A stretch of 60,287 bases of DNA, filler included, from Hausera hauseri (taxonomy: Eukaryota), in NCBI GenBank assembly GCA_046269625.1. It is 10 parts of 10 records of this genome, joined end to end, with 100 filler letters (N's around TTAATTAATTAA, not from the genome) between each part and the next. Parts side by side here need not be neighbours in the genome. Positions count along the whole stretch, not along the records: positions 49,124 to 54,855 come from JBJURY010198081.1; positions 54,956 to 60,287 come from JBJURY010277395.1; 8 more parts are not named here. One strand, written 5' to 3'. The notes below the pieces were generated by a model. It had not been told where the DNA came from, ran no database searches, and saw only the letters and a program-made list of their open reading frames with translations. This document shows positions 49,124 through 60,287 of the stretch, one piece after another. The position numbers and the translations under genes were made by a program. Position 1 is the first letter of the stretch; the number at the start of each line of letters is the position of its first letter.

Positions 49124-49793
49124 CAGTGAATCGAACAAAAATTAAATGGAAGATATAATCTGGATTAAAAATATAAAATTTGGTAGAAATGTTGCGGAAG
49201 AACAACATCCACAAAATCAACAAAATTTGACAAAAATGTTGATGACTAAGCAACAATTTGTACATGACGAACACCGGATAATTCGTCAGTACGGATAATT
49301 TATAATTCGTCGCGTCATTTTTCCTCCGCAACATAACTTCCCTTGGTTAATTCGACAATTCTACACGTCAATCGCTGTAATAAGCTTTGCAGCATTGAAA
49401 CGTCTGCGTGAGCTATTCATATCTGAGGCATACTGTATAGCAGTTTTACCATAATTGACGCCCATCAACCCTCGCGCCAAACACACCCGTCACCGCCGCC
49501 CTGCCTAAGCCATAAGATTTGTCCTGATGTTAACATTACTGGCGGTTGTGGAGCGTTAAGTTGCGATAAGAGACTATCTTGTCTGCATGATGGCAATCTG
49601 TGAATAGCACCCTGGATATACAGCATCCTTGCGCAAATGATTAAATTATTCATACATTATGAATAAAAGAAAAACATCATTATTATTCAGTGCTATAAAA
49701 GAGCACAATTATTTATTAATAAAGGAGTCATTTTGAAGATACGTAATACTGTTCATCTTGCTCACTTACAATCATCTAACCAAATAAGCTACC

Positions 49794-51125
49794 TTGTCAC
49801 ATTTTGTCAGCATTAGACGACACCGATCTTTCTCGCTAAATAGAAAATCTGAGATCATTCAGGATTATGAGAGAAGTAATCACTCAAAATGTGGCGTTGA
49901 GAAGAAGTATCAAGTGAATCGGCAACAACAAGATGAAATCCTAAAGGCCACTGAGAAGTACAATTTCAGTCAGAAACGCAAGAGAATGAAGACTGCAGCC
50001 CATTCAGATGTCGAAGAATGATTACTGAAGTGATTCAGGTAGATGCAATTCCAATGTATTCCGCTCAACGACCGTCCCTAGTTGCCAAAGCAGCCAACTT
50101 TACCAAGCCGTTAGGCATCAACGATTTCAGCTGCAACGACGTTTGGTTGGAGCGCTTCAACGTTATACACGATATCGGTCTTCGATTGATTAGTGGTGAG
50201 GATATCACTCACAATGTTTACAATGCAAACAAAACTGCCTCTTATGGCAAATGCTCCCTAACAGGACATTGCCAGAGAAGGTGAATGATTTCCGTGGCGG
50301 AAAATTCAGTAAACACGTCACGCTAATGGTTGCAGCCAATATGTATGGCTCTAAAAAGTGTCGATCCGTGAGTATTGGTCGGTTCGCAAAGCCACTTTGC
50401 ATGTACGGAATTGCGAAACTACCCATCGACTACCAAACCAACAAGAAATCTCGGGTGACGGGCACCTTGTTCAAAGACTACGTCATAAAATTTGACGATA
50501 TGAACAGGCAGAAAAGAAAGGTTTTGATGTTCATCGGCAATTGTCCAGCCCATCCAGCTATCGAACATGTCCTCGCCGTTCATCTCATCTTCCTACCGTC
50601 AAACACAGCGTAACACACGCATTCAGTGGATACCAGTGTCATTCTCTTTCTAAAGACCCATTACCGTCGCAGCCTTTTGCAGATAAATAAGTCCTTCGAT
50701 GTCGGAATGGAGTATAGCCCCATTCTGTGCACGGCAGTCCTGAGATGTTGTGACATCCGTAACTATTAGCAACTGCTTTTTACACCGTCTCCATCGACTC
50801 CGCCCTGTAAGAATTCGGAACTGGATAACATTTTCGACACAGTTCGAAATCCATTTTGGCTGTCGACTACTGCCACGACTACCAACTATGTCAGCGTGGA
50901 TGACACCATTAGAACCTGCGCATATCCGATGGTGACATTGAGAACGTGGCTGAGAGGTAACCGATGCAACAGAGGACGAAGAGATAGACAAAAACGTGGC
51001 TATTGACCGATATTTAACTGATGCCATCAAGAGTCTAGACATGCTAAATCGAGGACTACAAATTCAGCAAGCTTTCTTTTGTTCTCTCTAACAGGCGAAG
51101 ATTACGTACTTCTTTAACATTAGAG
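49794..51125 (+). mobile_element. pogo/Tigger (CENP-B-like) transposase pseudogene
   Basis: RSFSLNRKSEII (psq HTH), RKRMKTAAHSDVEE, FSCNDVWLERF, VYNAN, KHVTLMVAANMYGSKK, RKVLMFIGNCPAHP and IFLPSNTA. Confidence 0.88.
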
Positions 51126-53559
51126 TAGGGTGAAAAAACTTTGTTTTGTAATTAAACTCCAGATTTTTTACTGACACACATGTTCGGTGACTTATGGGCC
51201 ATCCTGTATGTATGAGAATTCATCATTCAATTATATAAATAGAAAGTCATTTATTATATGTATTTACATTAGTAATGTTGACAGGTCAATTATTTTAATG
51301 ATCACGGGAATTTTGGGATGTTTTCCCTGGGTAATTACGGGGTATAAATACCAAGCACATTTTAGACAAAATCAGTATTGTGTATTGATACGCATAATTT
51401 TTCATTGACTTCTACGTGCTCGTTCTCTCTGTTCACAGATGTCTAATTGTGAGATAATTGTTATCATATTTTTTGACTGATAACTTTGCCTTATTTACTT
51501 GATCATGTCAATAAAAAGTAATAAAGCCTATATAACTGGTTAGTGATCCCGACATACGGTCAGAGTGCGTCCGCAGTAAGTAATCAACAAATAATAAATA
51601 GTAATATACTAATTGATATCGGTACCCGTTGACAAGTCTTTACACATTACCTATATAATGGGACAAGTAAAGATATAAGTTAAGGAATCTGTCCACCTTT
51701 ACCCTTGTTCATCCGCCAATTTAATAAGTAGTAATTATAGCTCTCTCATAAATTGACGAGATTGAACAATGTATTTCGTAAAAGCCATAATTTTAATATT
51801 TGTTTCAATACAATTGAATTGATGGATTTCAGATATATCAAAAGCCGTTTCGCTCATAATTCCGCACAAACGAAGTTTGAACGTGTAAAACAGTTGACGC
51901 TGTAGTGCTTCGGTTGCAGGCACAACTCCACTTTGGGTGCGGGGCAACTGACGTTGGACGTTTTTTTAAAATCGGAATAGAATTCGAGCTCGATTGATGT
52001 TTTCTGGTTTTGCCCACCGGCAATCAAGAAATTAAACTTCAAAATACCAATGCAACATCCTATACAACGAGCCAATCAAACATCAATCCAACGAAATTAT
52101 GGAAAAGCACCTAAACGTGATCAAATTCAACCAGTAAAAATTCCACCACCAATCTCCCACAATTCGTAAAGCAGCCTTCATCACAAAGTATAGAAGAGAA
52201 AACTTTCTAACAAATTGTAAATACAGTAATTCCTATTTTTATTTTATTCTCCTTTCATCACAAAGTAACGGACAGACATAAATATAATGTATATAATGAA
52301 TGTGTCATGTCTTTGCACAATCAGTTCACCCATCCTTTATTTCCAGAACTTTCCGACATCCAAAACAGCATGTTAGGCACCTTGTTTAAATGAATTCAGT
52401 GAAAGTGAAAGGTGCACAATTTTGAAATCAATTTTCGGTGACAAATTGCTCTTTGCCATACACTACATAATTTTCAAACCGTCAGACCTTGTGTTTCTAT
52501 TTTTCTATACCGCACAACCGAAAGAACATTTGATACATACATTGTTACCAGATTTACGACTCAGTTTTCAGCCAAATACTCCATTCTTTTAACTCGAATT
52601 TTGGCTCACATTTGACATTTATCAGGATAATTCGAATTGCCCAAATTACCCAAAATCAGTGCAAAATTACCAGAGTTTTTAGAACACTACAAAGCTGCCC
52701 GAGTTACCAAAAGTAATGCAGAATAACCAGAATTTTTGGAACATTCCTACTTCTAACATTTGTTTATTTTTGCAAGCATCTTTTTGAACTGAAACAATTT
52801 GTAATCATTGCGAGAGATATTTCGTTTCTCTAATCGTTTCGTTTGTAGATTGTTGCAAATTTAATGTTGGTGATGTTTCGTTGAAGTTGCTGTTCTCTTT
52901 CGTTAATCAACGTTAATACTAGCAATTACGTTTTATCTAAAAGATGGAATTCCGGGATTATTTGGATCAGAAAGAGATTTTAGCAATCGACATTGGTACT
53001 AAAAATTGCGTGTTACTTTCGTTGGATCGGCAACATTGCCAACTCTGCTGCACTGAAAGTCAAATCCCCTTGTTACCAGATGATTTCATATGTGAAGTAC
53101 GGTAACTTCGATGTGCAGGGATGAGTTGCTGTGCTCCGGAAGATCGTCACGTACTCTTTTGGAGCATATTTATAAATTTTATTCTAAGAAATTGTTTGGA
53201 GAGTTGGGAACACTGAAGAAAAAAGCCAACAGACGCCTATGATGATCGCAATGAAAGAATTTTGTTTGTTAATTAAAAAGTGTTTCTTATAGTAATTGAG
53301 CAGTAAAAATAAATAATAATTAAAATTATTATTTATTTTTAATTTATTTGAATATTGGATTTAAAATAAATATATTTTAAAAACTTTAATTCGAATTCAA
53401 TTTTAGAGTTAGGGTTAGCCAAGTGCGATAATAAGCCAAGTGATACTCCGGATTTCGATCCGCCGATTCTGTTGAGCAAAGCTGTCTTTACTGGCGATCC
53501 AGCCAGGACCGTGGGACCGGACAATGCCAGTCCTCCGGACTATAACGAACACATCTGGA

Positions 53560-54855
53560 AATATTATGATGCCTCACTTCGGCAATTTGATGGTTCATTT
53601 ACGGATGAAACAAAACGATGGCTGATAGATATGATTCATGCATACAAATTTTTTCGATGGCCATTTGTGCAGCTGTGAATTCTTGTTAACAAAACAAGCC
53701 AGAATTCTGTGGACAGATTTTTAAACAAAAAAGGGAACCAACCGTCGGACGAAGAGACGATAGTATGGTTTAAAACGTTTATGAGAAAAGTGAACCCTTT
53801 CGATGAGGTAGTCGAATTGGCCAACGTGCGTCAAAAAGAAGGGGAAAAGTTTTGGAAGGTAATACTGAAGAATTTTTGAAAGAATTGGAGAAAGCGGATA
53901 TTATTCGGAAATGAAAGTGAATGGAATTCGCCTTTAATGGTCGCTCAAAAGATGGAGTAATCCGAATTTGTTTGGATTTTAGAAAGTTAAATGAAATATC
54001 AAAGAAAATTTCTTTTCCAATGCCGGAAAGTCTGATCTTATTTGATGCGTTATGCGGTTCAAAAATTTTTTCAAGTATAGACCTCGGTAAGGCATATCAT
54101 CAAGTCGCGTTGGATAAAGACTCCCAACAAAAAACAGCCTTTTAACGCAATCACAACAACATTGTTTCAACCGCGTACCATTTGGCCTTTCAACTGCCCC
54201 TGGAACTTTTCAACGACTGATGAATACACTGTTCGAAGACTTACTGTTTGCGGGTGTCATATACTTAGATGACGTGCTGATTTTCTCAAAGATTATTTCT
54301 GAACATTGCAAACTATTAGAAGAGGTGATGAAAAGATTAAAAAATGTATATCTAAGAATGAATCCCAAAAAATGTTGATTTGGTGTTTCGGAGTTGACAT
54401 TTCTCGGACATACCATTAATGATCAAGGAGTGTCAACAAATCAACTAAAAGTAAAAGAGATCCCGATTTTCACAGTCCCAGTGTACGCGGTCGATGAGAA
54501 TTTTTAGGTCTGGCCAACTATTACAAAAGGTTTATCAAGCATTACACGTTCATTGCGGCGCCGTTACATCAGGCTTGCTAGAGTACACGTAGAGTTGTTT
54601 TGGTCAAAGGAGAGTGAAGAAAGTTTCAAGCTGTTGAAATTGAACCTGTGAGGCGCCAATATTAACCTTCATGGATCCAACAAAGGATTTTATTTTGGAT
54701 ACAGACGCATCATTTGGTGCAATAGGAGCGGTACTTAACCAAAAAATAGGAAATGAAAAGGCAGTAGAAAACGCGTCTAGAACACTCATCTTTTGAGAAA
54801 GGCTACTGTGTGACAAGAAAGGAACTGTTGGCATTACAAGAGTTTATGCTGCATT
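53560..54855 (+). mobile_element. Ty3/gypsy remnant from another family: gag fragment, RT, RNase H
   Basis: SEWNSPL, IRICLDFRKLN, FSSIDLGKAYHQV, RVPFGLSTAPGTFQRLM, IYLDDVLIFS and FILDTDASFGAIGAVL. Confidence 0.9.
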
Positions 54856-54955
54856 NNNNNNNNNNNNNNNNNNNNNNNNNNNNNNNNNNNNNNNNNNNNT
54901 TAATTAATTAANNNNNNNNNNNNNNNNNNNNNNNNNNNNNNNNNNNNNNNNNNNN
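54856..54955. other. Artificial contig linker
   Basis: 44 N + TTAATTAATTAA + 44 N. Confidence 0.98.
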
Positions 54956-57900
54956 AGACTCCACGGCACTGGAAAAGTTAGCCGAACTGGCGGACAAAGC
55001 CTATGAAGTGTTGCACTCACACACAGCACCAATTGTCTCTGCGGTATTAACAACACACCACCAACAATAAAATGCAATGCTGCAGCAACTAATTTCGCAA
55101 TTACGCACAGAAAACGAAATGTTGCAAAAAAAACTTAATAATATAAATGAGAAATTAAATGAATGAACTCTGCCTCGATGAAGATTTTCTAGGGCTGCTT
55201 CCCCTGATGCATTTCGTTAACGACAAACACAGTAGCTTTCGCCCACGCGGTCATCTATCTGCTAATATCACGGAAAATTTGGCTACAATGTTCAGAAATG
55301 CTGCATCGGTTGTAAATTTTACACCGCCGATTTTAACACAAGTAACATCGTTTGCATCTATCACGCAAAACTTGAAACAACAGCACAAAAATGCCTATCC
55401 GGCTGTAACTGCAACACGCACAATAAAATCAACACTACTAAACTCACACAAAATAGTAGGCCAAACTCACCAGCTACAAAAAACTGATTTCGCCACTAGG
55501 ACACACGGCAAGTTCTAGCAAAGGCAACAACCTACAACAAAAAGATAGCCGACACATTTCTTTTGCTGTATTCACGTTGGAAGTAGCAGTCGTCATTCCA
55601 ACAAAGCAAAACATTAATTTTCTTATAGACGCCTGTGCAGTAATCTCTTTGCTACTACCAATACAGCACATCCAAAACAATTTCACTTAAAAAGCAACTG
55701 TTCACTGCGTTCGGTGAACCTTTACAAATTTTTAATATTACTAAATTACCTTTTACCCTACCAAATTTCCTGAACACATTCAAGTGGAAATTCACAGTAG
55801 CCAATGTACGCACACCTATATTAGGTTCAGGCTTTCTGTCCCACTATAATTTACTTATGGACTGCAAACGATGTTCCTTAAAGAACGGAAATAATATTAA
55901 TCCAATTAACAGCATTTCGGTAACCGCCCGGGCGATCGCTGCCAGGAAGTCAATACTGAAAAAAAGCGACTCCCGATTTGAATTATTTTTATACTTACTT
56001 ATTATTTGGAAATTTTTTGACGGCAACAAATACTATATTGCCTATTGCGTAGCACCAATTATTGATAGTACATCTGCCAACACTATCTTCAACACAAACA
56101 TACTGCACTTAATACTACCTAGTCACAACACCTCGTCTACAACTCATACTTCAACTGCATCCAGTCACGATGCATTGCCACTATCCGAAAACTTTTCATC
56201 GTTGCCCTCTGACTTACAGCAATATGTTTCGTCTTCCTGTACTCGTTTGTCACAAAAGGACAAATCATGCGTACCACCTAAATCCACCTTCCATCACATA
56301 GTAACAGCACATCAAAGACCAATACATCAAAAGGTCCGCATATTGTCACCTCGCCACAGATAGGCAGTGGAGGCTGAGTTTCTCGAACTGGAAAAATGAG
56401 GAATAATTAGAAGATCCAAATCCCCTTGGTCTTCACCACTACATGTGGTTCCAAAAAATATTGTACCTTTCGCCCATGCGGTGATTACCGCCAACTCAAC
56501 ACTATAACAATAATGGAAATCCTTCACAGGCTCCATGGTTACACTATTTTTTCTTGCATTGATTTGCACAAAGCATACCACCAAATTCAGTTGGTTCCAG
56601 CAGACATTCCGAAAACGGCTGTCATTACACCTTTCGGCCTTTTCGAATACCTTTTTATGCCTTTTGGACTCCGTAGCGCCTCCCAGAACTTCCAAAGGCA
56701 TATTGATACAGTTCTCTCAGGTTTAGATTTTGCTTATCCCTATATCGATGATATACTAATCGCATCATCTTCCTCGAAACAACACTCCGAACACTTGCGT
56801 GTAATCTTCCACCGCTTGCACCAAAACAACTTGCAAATTAATTTCTCCAAATGCTCATTTTTTCAACATAAAGTCAACTTCCTAGGACATATTATCAGCT
56901 ACTCCGGACATTCATCTCATCCAGAGCGCATCACACAGCTCAAAAACATACAGCTACCACGTACATCAACAGAAATGCGTTCTTTCCTCGGAACCTTGCA
57001 CTTTAATCACAAATGTATTCCACACTGTTCCACTCTAACCGCTCCTTTTGCGTCACTAAGCTCTGGCAAGAAAAACAGCCTATTCAATGGACCGCAGGGC
57101 TAGTCAACGCTTTCCATCATATCAAAAACAATCTAAAACCCGTGGAAATCCTGGCCTACCGCGACTCCCATGAAGAACTTTTCTTAAAGACGGATGCATC
57201 TAAAAGAGCTACAGGTGCTGTCCTACATCAATTTAAAAATGGATCCAATGAGCCATTAGAATTCCTTTCTCGAAAATTCAAGACACAAGAGCAAAGATAT
57301 TCCACCTTTGACAGAGAGTTTCTTGCAATGGTTCTTGCCGTAAAACACTTTAAGCATCTGTTAACCGCACGAACCTTTACAATACAAATGGACCACAAGC
57401 CCTTTCTTCAAATTCTCACTATTAAATCACCTTCTCCGCATCAGAAGAGGCAAATATCATATTTATCCACATTTAGTTTTGAAATTAAGCACTTAAACGG
57501 AGTCAAAAATTTAGTAGCTGTCCTTCTGTCCCGATCGGTCAACTCGATTGATTTTACACTAATTTTCCCCCAAACCAAACTTCAACAAAACCAACCACCT
57601 CCTGACGTCCTTAAATCTTTTAAATCGTGCAAAACCATCAAGGGTGTGGCCTTTGACACCTCAAATCCTAATAATCCTAAAGTCATCCTTTCTGAATCGC
57701 TTCAAAAAGAAGCATTCAACAACATCCATTCGTTGCATCATCCTGGTGCCAAGGCCACTTTTCAACTCTTACAACGCCAAGTAGTATAGCCGTAGATGCG
57801 CTCTAATGTGCAGGCATGGATTAGGCAATGTGTGGCATGCCAAAAATACAAAGTTACTAAGCACTTAAAGCCACCAGTATATCATTTTCTCTGCATGTCT

Positions 57901-58270
57901 CGATTTGAATCTGTTCACATTGACCTTGTAGGCCAACTACCCTTAGACAACGGCCATCAGTTCATCCTCACAATGACGGACGGTTTCTCGCGATAGCCAG
58001 AGGCCGTCCTGCTTCGAAGCACTAATAAAACCAATCGCACGTTTTCATACGCACTTGGATCAGCAGGTTTGGATGACCTCGCCACATCATTTCGGTCCAA
58101 GGCCCACAGTTCGAATCCAACCTGTTTAAAGCTTTTGAAAATCGATTGGGAATTAACCACATTTACACGTCACCATACGGTGCCCACGGCGGCCGGTGCC
58201 CTTTGGCCTACTTGGTCGGGCGCGGCCGGGCGTCCGTTGCCGCCGCGTCGGATCCATAGCCGGCCCGATC
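54956..58270 (+). mobile_element. CsRn1-clade Ty3/gypsy retrotransposon, copy 3 (gag C-terminus to partial integrase)
   Basis: DSTALEKLAELADK, heptamer AAAAAAC at 55478-55484, RT FRPCGDYRQLN...PYIDDILIAS, RNase H LKTDAS, integrase HHPGAK and HIDLVGQLP. Coding sequence breaks at about 58178 into GGTGCCCAC, which matches the copy 1 LTR start. Confidence 0.93.
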
Positions 58271-58329
58271 TTTATCCTCGAGAAGTTCACCCGCTGTCAG
58301 AAGAATTAATCAGGGTTTCAATTTAGGAT

Positions 58330-59750
58330 ACGTTTAAAAGTAAACCAATTACCCGTTGTTGTGTTTGTGCCAATGAAAAATTTGAGGAAATCGAAAAGCG
58401 ATTTGACGAATATCATGACATGACCGCTACGTGCGGCCAATGTTTCTATAGCATGTCGATATTCCTGGCACAATATATCGCCTACCCAATTACAGCTACA
58501 GATTTACAACATGGCAGCGTTTGTGACGACCAGTTTCATTCGAATCTTCAAGCGGTCAAGAAATCGACAAGTCTTTACCCGAACCAACGTGCTACATTAA
58601 TAGACCAAATACTCAGTCACCAAACGATGTTGCGTTTAATACTGAAGATTCAAATGATCAACCTATCAGCTCCCGCATGACGTTGTCGTCATTTTTAACA
58701 ATCCATTTTAATCCACGCATACATCGTTAAAATGCCCTATTGACAAAAAGAGAAATCTTGGTTTGTAATTTTGTGTGTACAACGATTTGTGCGCCGATCA
58801 GTATTCAATCAGAACAAATCCTCAAATTTCCCATTGATTCTGGATGTCTGGAACTGTTTCAATTTACGAAAATGTTTTCGAGTGCTCAAATTCAACTGTT
58901 ACTGAATATAATTTGGCATGGAACCACCGTTTCAACCCAATGTAGATTCAGCAAGTCATACATTGTCATTTATTGTATCGGTTTACATTGTTGTTATATT
59001 CCTGTGCGTAATAATCAAATTAGCAGTTACATATGGTTTAAAACTTTGGTTACTCCACAATTCAGGAAATACCAAACTTAAAAAACGACCTGAAGTGATG
59101 GTGATCATGTATTCAACCCTCATGGCAGTACTCGCAAGATCGACTTACAAAGATTAGTTTAAGCGAGACATAAATATCGGATACAAATGGGGATCTTGTC
59201 AGACGGTTTTATTTCTGACATCTTTACTCGCACCGCTGCACTCTACCATATGGTCTATTGTACTTTATCGAAACATGTTAACCGAATGCTCTACAAACTA
59301 TACGTATTCATTTTGAGTCTACAGGGTTTGGAATCTAAGCGCCAACAGAAAATCAATTTTAAAATACATCACAAACATCAAATTCCATGGGCTATTTACT
59401 TCGTGTCGTTTTTCATTGCTCTACTTATAATATTAACTAAAAAAGCTGAAGACTTAACTAAAGAAAATTTAAAACTTCTCGTTCGTAAAAAATCTGGGCA
59501 TACGATTTCTATCATTACTACGACTTAACAATGTTGATTTACATACCACTTGCAGTGATGATCGTGCGATTTTGTATATCCGCTTTGAATAAAGACAAAG
59601 CCAAAAAAACGAAATACGGTTTATAATGCTATCATGTCGCTTTTATTTTCTTAACTGTTCCGATTTTAATTCTGAACATTCTTTATGAAATATTCAAAGT
59701 TGTACATCATCCGGATTTATCGACCCATTTGTATATATGTCATATTCTGT
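58330..59750 (+). pseudogene. Possible decayed membrane-protein gene: Cys-rich N-terminal domain plus several hydrophobic segments
   Basis: TRCC...CGQCFYSMSIFLAQYIAYP, then CAPI..SGC..KMFS, then hydrophobic stretches in ORFs 58918-59157 and 59187-59528. Family is not established. Confidence 0.3.
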
Positions 59751-60287
59751 AACCTTGTAAGATAAAAAGAAAAAGTTTGTTTTAATAATACACCATTTTC
59801 TTTTTCGAATTTGTAGTTGCCATATTGTTTTTGATGAATTTATTTGAATTTGAAATTTTCAACAATTTTGCATTTGATTTTAAAAAACTCCAAATCACTA
59901 TTTTGATTTTCATTGCAATTTTCAGAAGTATTCTTTTACGATTTTGGATTCGAATTTTTTTCGAGAGTTTTGGAATTCGTTCTCGCCATTTTGGGGAATT
60001 TGTTGTTCCGCGTTTTAAATTTGAATCTGTATATCGTAAATCTCGTGATTATTATTGGGATTGTATTCTGATTGTTATTGAGGTCCGGCGTGCCCAAAGG
60101 GATTCTTACGTGTCATCTTATACAATGTCGAAAATTTCAGATTATCCATTCTACTTTACGATTCGATTTGATCAACTGTTTTCGACCGGCTAATTTAAGG
60201 CCAGAAAAAGGATTTTGCTCACAGAAAATTCATTCAGAATAGGGAAATATGTATTTGTTATACCTTTGACAACGAAAACAACAAAAC

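Noticed and set aside
52635-52750. Two-copy tandem repeat of about 58 bp
   Set aside because: Real but degenerate and without interpretable context.
53401-53420. Telomeric TTAGGG repeat
   Set aside because: Only one perfect unit with degenerate neighbours.
8003-54955. Recurring TTAATTAATTAA palindrome as a biological repeat or array
   Set aside because: It is always centred in exactly 44+44 N, so it is an assembly spacer with stops in six frames. ORFs ending in X..LIN are artefacts of it.

Overview
This is AT-rich eukaryotic (animal-type, probably invertebrate) DNA, not a continuous locus. It is ten short contigs joined by nine artificial 100-bp linkers (44 N + TTAATTAATTAA + 44 N), so adjacency across a linker means nothing. 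The content is mostly decayed mobile elements. These include three copies of a CsRn1-clade Ty3/gypsy family with a conserved -1 frameshift signal, several other gypsy remnants, a chuvirus-glycoprotein-like env pseudogene, and Polinton/Maverick debris (two pPolB genes, adenain-type protease, major and minor capsid). There are also Chapaev3, Tc1, pogo/Tigger, piggyBac, RTE-LINE and SINE remnants, plus one apparently intact hAT transposon with a 673-aa transposase. Recognisable host sequences are an intronless divergent Dcp1-like ORF, a degenerate PIF1 copy, one alsin (ALS2) MORN exon and a possible cysteine-rich-domain membrane-protein pseudogene. All assignments come from reading motifs by eye with no database search, and boundaries of decayed elements are approximate.
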